From: Candidatus Eiseniibacteriota bacterium | Lineage (GTDB): Bacteria > Eisenbacteria > RBG-16-71-46 | Assembly: GCA_038231135.1 (NCBI GenBank) | Contig: JBBRLX010000010.1 | Coordinates: 32,001-96,000 of the forward strand | Direction of reading: 5' to 3' | DNA length: 64,000 bases | Shown: piece after piece, positions 29,594 to 41,237 of the stretch | How positions within the stretch are numbered: the stretch's first letter is position 1 | Layout: every line of letters begins with the position of its first letter | The notes under the pieces: generated by a model | The model's input: the letters and a program-made list of their open reading frames with translations, nothing else | Database searches by the model: none | Told to the model about the DNA's origin: nothing | Position numbers and translations under genes: made by a program

Positions 29594-29736
29594 GCCGCCT
29601 CGCAATCGCCTTCGAAGCTCATGGGCGTGCGCCGAAGAACCTAAGTGGGACGCCCGGCTGCCACGACGGAAGCGGTTGCCGGCCGAATCCCGGGAACCTG
29701 TTCGCCGCGCGACGCTTGGAACCCTGGAGTGACCCC

Positions 29737-30486
29737 GTGATTCAGGTGGTGTGCATCAAGCAGGTCGCGGATACCGAGACCCGCGTCAAGGTGGGCGCCG
29801 GCGGCACCGCGCTCGATCCCGCGGGCGTCACATGGATCATGAATCCCTACGACGAGTTCGCCGTCGAGCAGGCGCTGCGCATCCAGGAAAAGGCCGGGTC
29901 GGGCGAGGTCGTGCTGGTGTCGCTCGGGAACGCCGACGCGCAGAAGACGCTCCGCAACGGGCTCGCGATGGGCGCCGATCGCGCGATCCATCTCAAGACG
30001 GATGCCGCCGCCGACCCGCTCCAGGTGGCGCGCGCGCTCGCGGCCGCGATCCGCGGGCTCGGCGCCAGCATCGTGTGGTTCGGCCGCCAGGCGGTCGATG
30101 ACGATGCCGCGCAGGTCGGCCCGATGACGGCCGAGCTGCTGGAGCTGCCGTGCGTGACCGCGATCGCCGCGTTCGAGCTGGCCGGCGAGACCGCGACGGT
30201 CGAGCGCGACATCGAAGGCGGCCGCGAAGTCGTGGAGGTCGGGCTGCCCGCGGCGTTCACGACCGACAAGGGCCTCAACGAGCCACGCTTCACGTCGCTC
30301 AAGGGCATCATGGCCGCGAAGAAGAAGCCGATCGTCGAGCAGCCTGCGGAGCTCGGCGCTCCGGGCCTCGAAGTGCGGGCGCTCGAGCTGCCGGCCGCGC
30401 GCTCGGCCGGGCGCATCGTCGGGCACGGCGTCGACGCGGTGCCCGAGCTGATCCGCGTGCTGCGCGAGGAGGCGAAGGTCCTATGA
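29737..30486 (+). CDS. etfB: Electron transfer flavoprotein beta subunit
   Basis: VCIKQVAD, NPYDEFAVE, LAMGAD, GRQAVD, NEPRF; GTG start with GGAG RBS. Confidence 0.93.
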   Translation: MIQVVCIKQVADTETRVKVGAGGTALDPAGVTWIMNPYDEFAVEQALRIQEKAGSGEVVLVSLGNADAQKTLRNGLAMGADRAIHLKTDAAADPLQVARALAAAIRGLGASIVWFGRQAVDDDAAQVGPMTAELLELPCVTAIAAFELAGETATVERDIEGGREVVEVGLPAAFTTDKGLNEPRFTSLKGIMAAKKKPIVEQPAELGAPGLEVRALELPAARSAGRIVGHGVDAVPELIRVLREEAKVL

Positions 30487-30532
30487 GCCACGAAGCGAAG
30501 GTCCAATGAGCCACGAGGCGAAGGTCCAATGA
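30483..30532 (+). repeat. Two tandem 23-bp repeats, each encoding the mini-[11 protein letters not shown]
   Basis: ATGAGCCACGAAGCGAAGGTCCA (30483-30505) and ATGAGCCACGAGGCGAAGGTCCA (30506-30528); every junction is an ATGA stop/start overlap. Confidence 0.9.
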
Positions 30533-31506
30533 GCGTCCTGGTATTCGCCGAACAGCGCGACGGCCGGATCCGCTCGGTCACGCAGGAGGTGTTGGGCGCC
30601 GCCACGCGCATCGCGGCCGGGTTCGGCAATGAGGTCGTGGCGGTGCTGCCGTGCGCGGCCGATCCGGGCGCGGCGTCGCTCGGCGCCGCGGGCGCTTCGA
30701 AGGTGCTGGTCGTGACGCACGAGGCGTTCGCCGCTTACGACGCCGCGGGCTATACGCGCGCGGTGCTTGCGGCCGTGGAGCGCGTGAAACCGCAGGTCAT
30801 CCTGTTCCCGGCGTCGTCGCTCGGCAAGGATCTCGCGCCGCGCGTAGCCGCCCGGCTCCAGGTGGGACTCGCGTCCGACTGCACGGCACTCGCCGTCGAC
30901 GGCGGCCGGCTCGTCGCGACGCGCCCGGTCTACGCGGGCAAGGCGAACCAGAAGCTCGCGTTCCCGAACTCGCCGGCGATCGCCTCGCTGCGCCCCAAGC
31001 TGTTCGCCCCCGGCACGACGGCGGCCGCGGGTGCGGTCGAGAGCTTCGCCGTCGACTTCACGCCGGCGGCGGGCCGGGCGCGCGTGGTGCGCACCGCAGC
31101 CGCGTCGGGCGGCAAGGTAGATCTCACCGAGTCCGAGTTGATCGTGTCCGGCGGCCGGGGCATGAAGGGTCCCGAGAATTTCCACCTGATCGAGGAGCTG
31201 GCGGAGGCACTCGGCGCCACGGTCGGCGCGTCGCGCGCGGTCGTGGACGCCGGCTGGCGGCCGCATTCCGAGCAGGTCGGCCAGACCGGCAAGACGGTGT
31301 CGCCCAAGCTCTATGTGGCGGTCGGCATCTCGGGCGCGATCCAGCACCTCGCGGGCATGTCGTCGTCGCGCTGCATCGTGGCGATCAACAAGGATCCCGA
31401 TGCGCCGATCTTCAAGGTTGCCGACTACGGCCTGGTGGGGGACGCGTTCGAGGTGGTGCCGGCGCTGACCGCGGCGATCAAGAAGTTGAACGCCCAGCAC
31501 GTGTGA
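30529..31506 (+). CDS. etfA: Electron transfer flavoprotein alpha subunit
   Basis: [48 protein letters not shown]. Confidence 0.95.
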   Translation: MSVLVFAEQRDGRIRSVTQEVLGAATRIAAGFGNEVVAVLPCAADPGAASLGAAGASKVLVVTHEAFAAYDAAGYTRAVLAAVERVKPQVILFPASSLGKDLAPRVAARLQVGLASDCTALAVDGGRLVATRPVYAGKANQKLAFPNSPAIASLRPKLFAPGTTAAAGAVESFAVDFTPAAGRARVVRTAAASGGKVDLTESELIVSGGRGMKGPENFHLIEELAEALGATVGASRAVVDAGWRPHSEQVGQTGKTVSPKLYVAVGISGAIQHLAGMSSSRCIVAINKDPDAPIFKVADYGLVGDAFEVVPALTAAIKKLNAQHV

Positions 31507-31525
31507 GCAGGAGCGGGTTCCGCGT

Positions 31526-31554
31526 TTGACCCGCCTGCGCCAAGTTCGTAGGGT
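31526..31554 (+). promoter_or_regulatory. Candidate sigma70 promoter of the nuo membrane-arm cluster
   Basis: TTGACC-N17-TAGGGT in the etfA-nuoA spacer. Confidence 0.5.
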
Positions 31555-31617
31555 GCGGGCGGTTGCGTCCACGTCGTTCAGGGATCGAGACGCGTCGCAC
31601 GGCGCGCTGGAGAACGG

Positions 31618-31974
31618 ATGCGAGAATACATTCCCGTCCTGCTGTTCGTGCTCGCCGCGATCTCGTTCGCGGGAGTCACGATCGCGGCGTCGACGATCAT
31701 CATGCCGCAGCGCCGCAACGCGCGGAAGATGGCGCCCTACGAATGCGGCGTCGAGCCGGTCGGCAACGCGCGCAACCGCTACAACATCAAGTTCTACCTG
31801 GTGGCGGTGCTGTTCATCCTGTTCGACATCGAGACGATCTTTCTCTACCCCTGGGCGGTGTCGTTCCGCCAGCTCGGCCTGTACGGGCTGATCGAGATGA
31901 CGCTGTTCATCGTGGTCCTGTTCGTGGGTTACGTGTACCTGCTCAAGAAGCGCGCCCTGGACTGGGAAGCGTGA
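31618..31974 (+). CDS. nuoA: NADH-quinone oxidoreductase subunit A
   Basis: PYECG, FYLVAVLFILFDIE, YPWA, LDW. Confidence 0.95.
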   Translation: MREYIPVLLFVLAAISFAGVTIAASTIIMPQRRNARKMAPYECGVEPVGNARNRYNIKFYLVAVLFILFDIETIFLYPWAVSFRQLGLYGLIEMTLFIVVLFVGYVYLLKKRALDWEA

Positions 31975-31990
31975 GGCGCCGGATCCGCGG

Positions 31991-32986
31991 ATGATGGCAC
32001 TGCTCCACAACCCCGACTTCCTGCTCGTATTCTGGGCGGTGATCAAGATCGCAGTGATCCTGAACGGCCTGCTCGGCGTGGTGTCGTACATGATCCTCGC
32101 CGAGCGCAAGGTCGCGGGCCGTATGCAGGGGCGGCCCGGGCCCAACCGGGTCGGTCCCGCCGGCCTGCTCCAGCCGGCGGCCGACGTGATCAAGCTGTTC
32201 TTCAAGGAGGAGTTCACCCCGGCCCAGGCGAACTCCGTGGTGTTCCACATCGCGCCGATGCTCGCCGTGATCCCGGCGCTCGTGACGTTCTCGATCATCC
32301 CGATCGGCCCGAGCTTCGTCGGCGCCGACATCAACGTCGGGCTGCTGGTGTTCCTCGCGATGTCGAGCATCAGCGTCTACGCGGTCGCGCTCGCCGGCTG
32401 GTCGTCGAACAACAAGTACGCGCTGCTCGGCGGCATGCGCTCGTCGGCGCAGATGATCTCGTACGAGCTCGCGATGGGACTGTCCACGGTCGGCGTGCTG
32501 CTGCTGTCGGGCTCGCTGTCGATGGTCGACATCGTGCACAAGCAGGCGACGGTGCCGTTCATCGTCTACCAGCCGCTGGCGTTCCTGATCTTCATGATCA
32601 CCGCGTTCGCCGAGACCAACCGCACGCCGTTCGACCTGCCCGAGGCCGAGGCCGAGCTGGTGGCCGGGTTCCACACCGAGTATTCGAGCATGAAGTTCGG
32701 GCTGTTCTTCCTCGGCGAGTTCATGAACGTGATCACGATCTGCTCGATCGCGACCACGCTGTTCCTCGGCGGCTGGAACGGGCCGTGGCTGCCCGAGCCC
32801 TGGAAGTTTGTGTGGTTCTTCGCCAAGCTCGCCGTGCTGGTGTTCGGGTTCATGTGGGTGCGGTGGACGTTCCCGAGATTCCGCTACGACCAGCTCATGC
32901 ACCTCGGCTGGAAGGTGCTGCTGCCGCTGGCGCTCGCGAACGTCGTGGTGACCGGTTTCGCGGTCTACTGGTTGCAGAACCGATGA
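31991..32986 (+). CDS. nuoH: NADH-quinone oxidoreductase subunit H
   Basis: ERKVAGRMQGRPGPNRVG, QMISYE, ETNRTPFDLPEAEAELVAG, PRFRYDQLM. Confidence 0.95.
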   Translation: MMALLHNPDFLLVFWAVIKIAVILNGLLGVVSYMILAERKVAGRMQGRPGPNRVGPAGLLQPAADVIKLFFKEEFTPAQANSVVFHIAPMLAVIPALVTFSIIPIGPSFVGADINVGLLVFLAMSSISVYAVALAGWSSNNKYALLGGMRSSAQMISYELAMGLSTVGVLLLSGSLSMVDIVHKQATVPFIVYQPLAFLIFMITAFAETNRTPFDLPEAEAELVAGFHTEYSSMKFGLFFLGEFMNVITICSIATTLFLGGWNGPWLPEPWKFVWFFAKLAVLVFGFMWVRWTFPRFRYDQLMHLGWKVLLPLALANVVVTGFAVYWLQNR

Positions 32987-33690
32987 TTGCCCAGGCGATC
33001 TTCGCGGCGTTCGCCGGCGTGCTCGTGGTGTCGGGGCTGCTCGTGGTGCTGCACAAGAACCCCGTGACGAGCGCCCTGTTCCTGATCGCAGCGTTCTGCT
33101 CGCTCGCCGGCATCTACCTCACGCTCCACGCCGAGTTCCTCGGGCTGGTGCAGGTGATCGTCTACGCCGGCGCGATCATGGTGCTGTTCGTGTTCGTGAT
33201 CATGTACCTGAATCTCAAGAACGACGTCGAGAGCGGCGTGCAGACCGCGGTGCGCCGCGGCATGGGCTGGATCCTCGGCGGCGTGCTGGTCGCGGAGGCG
33301 GTGCTGTTCGTGTCGCGGCGCTGGTCGATCGGCCCCCCCGCGCCACCCGAGGCTCTTGGCGCCGCCGGCAACACCCAGGCGGTCGGGCAGGTGCTGTATT
33401 CGCGTTTCCTGTTCCCGTTCGAGATCACGTCGATGGTGCTGCTGGTGGCGATGGTCGGGGCGATCATGATCTCGAAGCCGCGCCGCGGCGACACCGCCGG
33501 CACTCCGACCCAGGTGCCGCACCGCGCCAACGTCACGCCGACGCCGGCCGAGCTGGCCACCGCGCCTCACGGCGGCGTGGCGGGCAGCCCGCCGCCGCCG
33601 CACGCGGTCGAGGGCCGGCCGCGCGAACTCTACATCCCGGAGTTCGATCCACCTGACGAACGATCTCCGAACGCGGAGGGTTCCCGGTGA
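32983..33690 (+). CDS. nuoJ: NADH-quinone oxidoreductase subunit J with Pro-rich C-terminal extension
   Basis: [30 protein letters not shown] overlap with nuoH. Confidence 0.93.
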   Translation: MIAQAIFAAFAGVLVVSGLLVVLHKNPVTSALFLIAAFCSLAGIYLTLHAEFLGLVQVIVYAGAIMVLFVFVIMYLNLKNDVESGVQTAVRRGMGWILGGVLVAEAVLFVSRRWSIGPPAPPEALGAAGNTQAVGQVLYSRFLFPFEITSMVLLVAMVGAIMISKPRRGDTAGTPTQVPHRANVTPTPAELATAPHGGVAGSPPPPHAVEGRPRELYIPEFDPPDERSPNAEGSR

Positions 33691-33989
33691 TTCCACTGTC
33701 CTGGCCACTGCTGCTGTCGGCCGCGCTGTTCACCACCGGCATCGTCGGCGTGCTCGTCCGCCGCAATGCGATCGTGATCTTCATGTCGGTCGAGCTGATG
33801 CTCAACGCCGGCAACCTGGCGTTCGTGGCGTTCGCCCGCCAGATGAACTCGCTCGACGGGCAGGTGTTCGTGTTCTTCGTGATGACCGTGGCCGCCGCCG
33901 AGGTCGCGGTGGGCCTCGCGATCATCGTGAACATGTTCCGGCTGCGCGAGTCGGTGTTCGTCGACGAATTCAACCTGCTCAAGGGCTGA
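33687..33989 (+). CDS. nuoK: NADH-quinone oxidoreductase subunit K
   Basis: RRNAI...[18 protein letters not shown]. Confidence 0.95.
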   Translation: MIPLSWPLLLSAALFTTGIVGVLVRRNAIVIFMSVELMLNAGNLAFVAFARQMNSLDGQVFVFFVMTVAAAEVAVGLAIIVNMFRLRESVFVDEFNLLKG

Positions 33990-33992
33990 TCT

Positions 33993-35954
<1,962 letters not shown>

Positions 35955-35958
35955 TCCC

Positions 35959-37578
35959 ATGCCGTTTCCCTGGCTGAGCTGGCTGATCTTCTTCCCGCTG
36001 ATGGGCGCCGTGCTGATCGCGTTCATGCCGCCGGACGCCGAGCGGCTGATCCGCCGCTGGGCGACCACCGTCGCGGTCGCGGAGTTCGCGTTCTCGCTGC
36101 CGCTGTGGTGGCGGTTCGTGCCCGGCGGCCCGGCGTTCCAGTTCGTCGAGCAGCGCAGCTGGCTGCCCGGGCTCGGCGCCACGTATCACGTGGGCGTCGA
36201 CGGCATCGCCGTGCTGCTGGTGCTGCTCACCACGCTCATCACGGCACTCGCGGTGATCGGCTCGGCGACCGCGGTGCACAAGCGCCCGCGCGAGTACTAC
36301 GCGCTGCTGCTCGCGCTCGAGACCGGCATGCTCGGCACGTTCCTCACCCTGGACCTCCTGCTGTTCTATTTCTTCTGGGAGGCCATGCTGATCCCGATGT
36401 ACCTGCTCATCGGCGTGTGGGGCGGCCCGAGGCGTGTGTACGCGGCGGTCAAGTTCTTCCTCTACACCTTGGCCGGCAGCGTGCTGATGCTGGTGGCGAT
36501 CCTGTGGCTCTACAACCTGAACCGCGCCGTGACCGGCGTGCCGTCGTTCGATCTCGAATCGTTCTACCGCCTCACGATCCCGCCGGCGACCCAGGTGTGG
36601 CTGTTCCTGGCGTTCGCGTTCGCGTTCGCGATCAAGGTGCCGATGTTCCCCTTCCACACCTGGCTGCCCGACGCGCACGTCGAGGCGCCCACGGCGGGGT
36701 CGGTGATCCTGGCGGCGATCCTGCTCAAGATGGGTACGTTCGGATTCATCCGCTACGCGATCCCGCTGTTCCCCGTGGCGTCGCACCTGTTCACGCCGTG
36801 GATCGTCGGCCTGGCGCTGGTGGGCATCGTGTACGGCGCGCTGGTGGCCATGGTGCAGCCCGATCTCAAGAAGCTCGTGGCGTACTCGTCCGTCAGCCAC
36901 CTCGGGTTCTGCATGCTTGGCCTCTACGCCATGAACGCGCAGGGCTTCGCGGGCTCGATGCTGCAGATGATCAACCACGGCATCACCGCGGGCGCGTTGT
37001 TCCTGCTCGTCGGCGTCGTCTACGAGCGACGGCACACGCGGCTGATCTCGGACTTCGGCGGCCTGTGGAAGCCGCTGCCCGTGTACGCCGTGGTGTTCCT
37101 CGTCGTGATGCTGGCGTCGATCGGGCTGCCCGGCACCAACGGCTTCGTCGGCGAGTTCCTCGTGCTGCTCGGCGCGTTCCGCGCCCACGCGTGGTGGGCC
37201 GCCGTCGCCGCGACCGGCGTGATCCTGTCGGCGTGCTACATGCTGTGGATGTTCCAGCGCGTGATGTTCGGTCCCGTGACCCACCCCGAGAACGAGAAGC
37301 TCTCGGACCTCACGTTCCGCGAGCGGCTGGTGTTCGCCCCGCTCGTGCTGCTGATCTTCTGGCTCGGCGTCTACCCGCAGCCGTTCCTCGACCGCATGCA
37401 GCCCGCGCTCGACCGCACGCTGCTGATGGCGCGCGAGCGCTCCGAAGTCGCGACCGGCATGGCCGGTGCGGTCAGCTCGGCCACCGGCGCCGCCGGCGCC
37501 ACCACAAGGCCTGCGCCGCGTCCCGTCGTCGCCGCGGCGCCTGGCGCTCCGGCGGCCGCGACGGAGCCCGTCCGATGA
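35959..37578 (+). CDS. nuoM: NADH-quinone oxidoreductase subunit M
   Basis: FWEAMLIP, IKVPMFPFHTWLPDAHVEAP, AYSSVSHLG, GFVGEF; Ala-rich tail. Confidence 0.95.
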   Translation: MPFPWLSWLIFFPLMGAVLIAFMPPDAERLIRRWATTVAVAEFAFSLPLWWRFVPGGPAFQFVEQRSWLPGLGATYHVGVDGIAVLLVLLTTLITALAVIGSATAVHKRPREYYALLLALETGMLGTFLTLDLLLFYFFWEAMLIPMYLLIGVWGGPRRVYAAVKFFLYTLAGSVLMLVAILWLYNLNRAVTGVPSFDLESFYRLTIPPATQVWLFLAFAFAFAIKVPMFPFHTWLPDAHVEAPTAGSVILAAILLKMGTFGFIRYAIPLFPVASHLFTPWIVGLALVGIVYGALVAMVQPDLKKLVAYSSVSHLGFCMLGLYAMNAQGFAGSMLQMINHGITAGALFLLVGVVYERRHTRLISDFGGLWKPLPVYAVVFLVVMLASIGLPGTNGFVGEFLVLLGAFRAHAWWAAVAATGVILSACYMLWMFQRVMFGPVTHPENEKLSDLTFRERLVFAPLVLLIFWLGVYPQPFLDRMQPALDRTLLMARERSEVATGMAGAVSSATGAAGATTRPAPRPVVAAAPGAPAAATEPVR

Positions 37579-39047
37579 TCCCGGGCGTCGTGCCGCAGCC
37601 GCAGTTCCTCGCCGTCGACTGGTGGGCGCTGGGCCCGCTGATCGCGCTCACGGTGGGCATTCTCGGGCTCCTGATGATGGAGTTCCTGCCCGGCCGCTCG
37701 AAGAGCGCGCGTTCGGCAGTGGTGTCGTTGCTGGTGCTCGCGGTCTCCGCCTACTGCGTGTATCACGTGCGCATGGATCGCCGCTCGCTGTTCGAGGGCA
37801 TGTTCCTGCACGACGGCATGACCGTGTTCTTCACGCTGCTGTTCCTGGGCACCGCGGCGATCGGCGTGCTGCTGTCGTGGGACTACGTCAAGCGCACTCA
37901 CATCGACCACTCCGAGTACTACGCGCTGATCCTGTCGGCGACCATGGGCATGATCGTGATGGCCGCATCGAACGACCTGATCACGATCTTCCTCGGCCTC
38001 GAGCTGATGTCGCTCGCGCTCTACGTGCTCGTGGGGTTCCGCCGCAATCAACTCGAGTCGAACGAGGCCGCGCTCAAGTACTTCCTGCTGGGCGCGTTCG
38101 CGAGTGGGTTCCTGTTGTATGGGATCGCGCTGCTCTATGGCGCCACCGGCACCACGAACATCGGCCGCATGGCGCAATACCTCGCGGACTCGCCGGCCAC
38201 GTCGAACCCGCTGCTGATCGCGGGTGCGCTGCTCGTGGTGATCGGGCTCGCGTTCAAGGTGTCGGCCGTGCCGTTCCACATGTGGACGCCCGACGCCTAC
38301 CAGGGCGCGCCGACCCCCGTGACCGCGTTCATGTCGGCGGGGGCGAAGGCCGCGGGGTTCGCGGCGCTGCTGCGGATCGCGTTGCTGGTGCTCGCGAACA
38401 CGCACGCCCACTGGGACGTGGCGCTGTCGTGGATCGCCGTGATCACGATGACGATCGGCAACGTGACGGCGCTGTTCCAGAGCAACGTCAAGCGCATGCT
38501 CGCGTACTCGAGCATCGCGCACGCCGGCTACATCCTGGTCGCGGTGGTCGCCGGCGGCACCGAGGGCGCGGGCGCCGCGCTGTTCTACCTCGCCGTCTAT
38601 TCGTTCATGAACCTGGGCGCGTTCGGCGTGCTGTCGCTGCTGGGCCGCGACGGCGATGAGCGCGTGCTGGTTTCGGACCTGGCCGGGCTGGGCTTCAAGC
38701 AGCCGGCGCTCGCGCTCGCGATGTCGCTGTTCATGGTCTCGCTCGGCGGCATCCCGCCGACCGCCGGATTCATGGGTAAGGTGTACGTGTTCGGCGTGGC
38801 GCTGCGCGCCGGGCTCGTGCCGCTCGTGATCGTCGGCGTGCTCAACAGCGTGGTGTCGGTGTTCTACTACCTGCGCATCACGGTCGCCATGTACATGGAG
38901 GAGCCGCGCGGCGAGACCGTCCCCGTGTCATGGGCGCTCCCGTCCGCCGTCGCGCTCGCGATCTCGGCCACGCTCACCGTGTGGTGGGGCCTGCAGGCGC
39001 ACACGCTGCTCGAACAGGCGCGCAACGCCGTGCAGGGGCTGCTGTAG
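37575..39047 (+). CDS. nuoN: NADH-quinone oxidoreductase subunit N
   Basis: EAALKYF, FKVSAVPFHMWTPD.YQGAP, KRMLAYSSIAHAG; ATGA overlap with nuoM. Confidence 0.95.
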   Translation: MIPGVVPQPQFLAVDWWALGPLIALTVGILGLLMMEFLPGRSKSARSAVVSLLVLAVSAYCVYHVRMDRRSLFEGMFLHDGMTVFFTLLFLGTAAIGVLLSWDYVKRTHIDHSEYYALILSATMGMIVMAASNDLITIFLGLELMSLALYVLVGFRRNQLESNEAALKYFLLGAFASGFLLYGIALLYGATGTTNIGRMAQYLADSPATSNPLLIAGALLVVIGLAFKVSAVPFHMWTPDAYQGAPTPVTAFMSAGAKAAGFAALLRIALLVLANTHAHWDVALSWIAVITMTIGNVTALFQSNVKRMLAYSSIAHAGYILVAVVAGGTEGAGAALFYLAVYSFMNLGAFGVLSLLGRDGDERVLVSDLAGLGFKQPALALAMSLFMVSLGGIPPTAGFMGKVYVFGVALRAGLVPLVIVGVLNSVVSVFYYLRITVAMYMEEPRGETVPVSWALPSAVALAISATLTVWWGLQAHTLLEQARNAVQGLL

Positions 39048-40194
39048 GGGGACAGTCCCCAGGGCCGCCGCCTTGCCACGCAATCGCAGGGACCCGCGCT
39101 TCGAGCTTCTTCGAGTCGCCCCAGCGGGTGTTCGGCGGCACATCGGGCGCATCCGCCGCGGGACGATACCGGGCGATCGCAGCCAGCGCCGGATCGCGAT
39201 GCCCGAGCCAGTCCGCATACGTTCCCATCGCGGGCAGGTCGGGGGCGATGAACTCGCGGGGATCGCGTGGGTCCGAGCCCGTCCAGGGCAGCGTCGAGAT
39301 GCGCACGATCAGGCCGCTCGCGGGCAGTGTCACGTGCGCGGGATCGCCGAAGGAGTTGGGCGCCCCGCCGGTGGGTTCGCCGACGAACAGCGCGTGGGTC
39401 TCGCGCTCGAGATCGGCCGCCAGCGAGACCGCGGCCGAGAACGTGCCGCGATCGACGATCACGAACACGCCGCCCGGCCGGTCGAGCACGGGTCGCATGA
39501 TCACGCCGTGAACGAGGGGCTGGTTGAGGTAGTTGTTGCCGCCGCCGTTGGCGCGCAAGTCGAGAATCAGTCGGCGCGAGCCGACCGAATCCACGTGGGA
39601 GAACAGCCGCGCCGCGAACTGCGCCAGGCGCTCGCCCGCCGGAGCGTCCGCGATCTCGCGAATGCGCGCGAACACGGTATGCGCGCTGTCACCCAGATCG
39701 GCGAAGCCGAACGGGGCCGGCAGGCTGCGGGTGAGTGGCAGCGGGACGCGAGACGCGTCATCGGCATGCGCCGAGGTCGCGCGCACGATCCACAGCCCGT
39801 CCGCGAAGACTCCGAACCCGATCGGATACGCCACGTCGAGTCCCGGGCCGGGCAGCGGGGCAAGCGTGGGCTGGGAATGCGAGGCCAGCCGGACCTGGTC
39901 CAGCCGCGAGTGCCCGTCGTGAAGCATGCCCAGGATCCGCGAGAGCCCGGCCACCGCCTGGTCGTAACGGAGCGCCGGCAGCCGTTGCTCGAAATCGGCC
40001 GCCGCCGAGTCGAAGGCGGCACGGTGGTTCCAGCGGTAGGGGCGGGGGTGCAGCGAGTCCACGGCCGCAACCATATGGCGGGCGTCGCCGCCCCATGTCG
40101 ACGGGTCGATGGTGTCCGCGTGCGAACCGGTGGCGGAGCCGGCGACCGCGAACGCAGCGGCCAGGGTGAATCGAAGCGCATGAGTCTGGAGCAC
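38974..40194 (-). CDS. S41-family peptidase-like secreted protein, probably internally deleted or decayed
   Basis: Signal peptide, LHDGHS, ILDLRANGGGN, TFSAA, VGEPTGG, IAPD; the 3' end runs 74 bp into nuoN; start uncertain. Confidence 0.6.
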   Translation of the reverse strand: MLQTHALRFTLAAAFAVAGSATGSHADTIDPSTWGGDARHMVAAVDSLHPRPYRWNHRAAFDSAAADFEQRLPALRYDQAVAGLSRILGMLHDGHSRLDQVRLASHSQPTLAPLPGPGLDVAYPIGFGVFADGLWIVRATSAHADDASRVPLPLTRSLPAPFGFADLGDSAHTVFARIREIADAPAGERLAQFAARLFSHVDSVGSRRLILDLRANGGGNNYLNQPLVHGVIMRPVLDRPGGVFVIVDRGTFSAAVSLAADLERETHALFVGEPTGGAPNSFGDPAHVTLPASGLIVRISTLPWTGSDPRDPREFIAPDLPAMGTYADWLGHRDPALAAIARYRPAADAPDVPPNTRWGDSKKLEARVPAIAWQGGGPGDCPPTAAPARRCAPVRAACAPAGPTTR

Positions 40195-40196
40195 GC

Positions 40197-41189
40197 CTAC
40201 CGCACGGCCTCGAACACGCGCACCTCGGCCCGCTGCCGGCCTCGATGCGGCACCGCGACATACAGCCGGCCGAGTTCGGGGACGAACAGCGCCGTGCGGG
40301 CGCCGCGCGCGGTAGGGATGCTCGCCACTCTCGCCAAACCGGATGTGCCCTCGGGCGCGATCACGTCGAGGGTTCCGGCGCCACAGCTCGCATAGAGCCG
40401 TCCGCGTCGGACGTCGTAGTAGAGGTCGTCCACGTCGCCATTCACGGGGACGGCCGCCACGCGACGCCCCGTCTGCGTGTCGTAGACGAGGACGGCCGCA
40501 GGCCGGCGGCATCCCACGAACAGGCGATGACCGGCCTCGTCGAGCGCCATGGGAAAATTCGCCGCATAACCCTCCAGCCGCCATTCGGCGAACACCTGGC
40601 CCTGGGCTCGATCAACGACCGCGACTTCGCCGGCATCGGGGACGTTCACGAAGATCCGCGGGCCTTTCGATTCGAGCTGAAACGACTCCGGGTGGGCGCG
40701 CAGCGGGATGCTGCCGAGGCTGTCACCGGTCGTCGCGTTCAGCACGCCGAGCGCTCCGTTTCCGTAGCCGACGTAGATCCGCTTCGCGCTCGCGTCGTAC
40801 CGGACATTGTCCGCGTCGCTCGACAGCCCCACGCGCCGCAGTCGCCCGAGTGAGCTTCCGTCCAGCACCTCGACGGTGCCGTCGCCTCCGTTGGACACGA
40901 ACACCCGTTTCAGGGTTGGAATGAATTCGACCCCCTGAGGCTCGAGGAAGCCCCCGATGGTGCGAATCGTTCGGCCCGTAGCCAGATCCACGATGGTGAG
41001 GCTGTTGCCCCCAAACGCTACGAGGAACAGCCGCCTGCGGGCGAGGTCCACCTCCATGTGGTCGATACGGCCTTCGACCCCGCGGAGCGGGATGCTCTGG
41101 ACGAGCCGCAGTGGCGATGGCGGCGCGACGATCGTCGCGGATCCCGACCCCACAGCTCCGGCGAGAACGAGCGCAAGGAGGTGACTCAT
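40197..41189 (-). CDS. Secreted YncE/YVTN-like beta-propeller protein
   Basis: Signal peptide, GRIDHM, repeated blades (RVFVSNG, RIYVGYG, RIFVNVP, RLFVGCR, RLYVAVP); GAGG RBS. Confidence 0.8.
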   Translation of the reverse strand: MSHLLALVLAGAVGSGSATIVAPPSPLRLVQSIPLRGVEGRIDHMEVDLARRRLFLVAFGGNSLTIVDLATGRTIRTIGGFLEPQGVEFIPTLKRVFVSNGGDGTVEVLDGSSLGRLRRVGLSSDADNVRYDASAKRIYVGYGNGALGVLNATTGDSLGSIPLRAHPESFQLESKGPRIFVNVPDAGEVAVVDRAQGQVFAEWRLEGYAANFPMALDEAGHRLFVGCRRPAAVLVYDTQTGRRVAAVPVNGDVDDLYYDVRRGRLYASCGAGTLDVIAPEGTSGLARVASIPTARGARTALFVPELGRLYVAVPHRGRQRAEVRVFEAVR

Positions 41190-41237
41190 GAGTGCGTCCT
41201 CAGCGGATTCCAATGGCAGGAAACGGCCGCCGCGGCC

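Noticed and set aside
29600..29736. Possible riboswitch in the etfB leader
   Set aside because: Only generic GC hairpins; no FMN or other recognisable aptamer consensus seen.
30483..30532. Short tandem repeat considered as a mini CRISPR array
   Set aside because: Units are contiguous with no spacers, derive from the flanking gene ends, and no cas genes are present.
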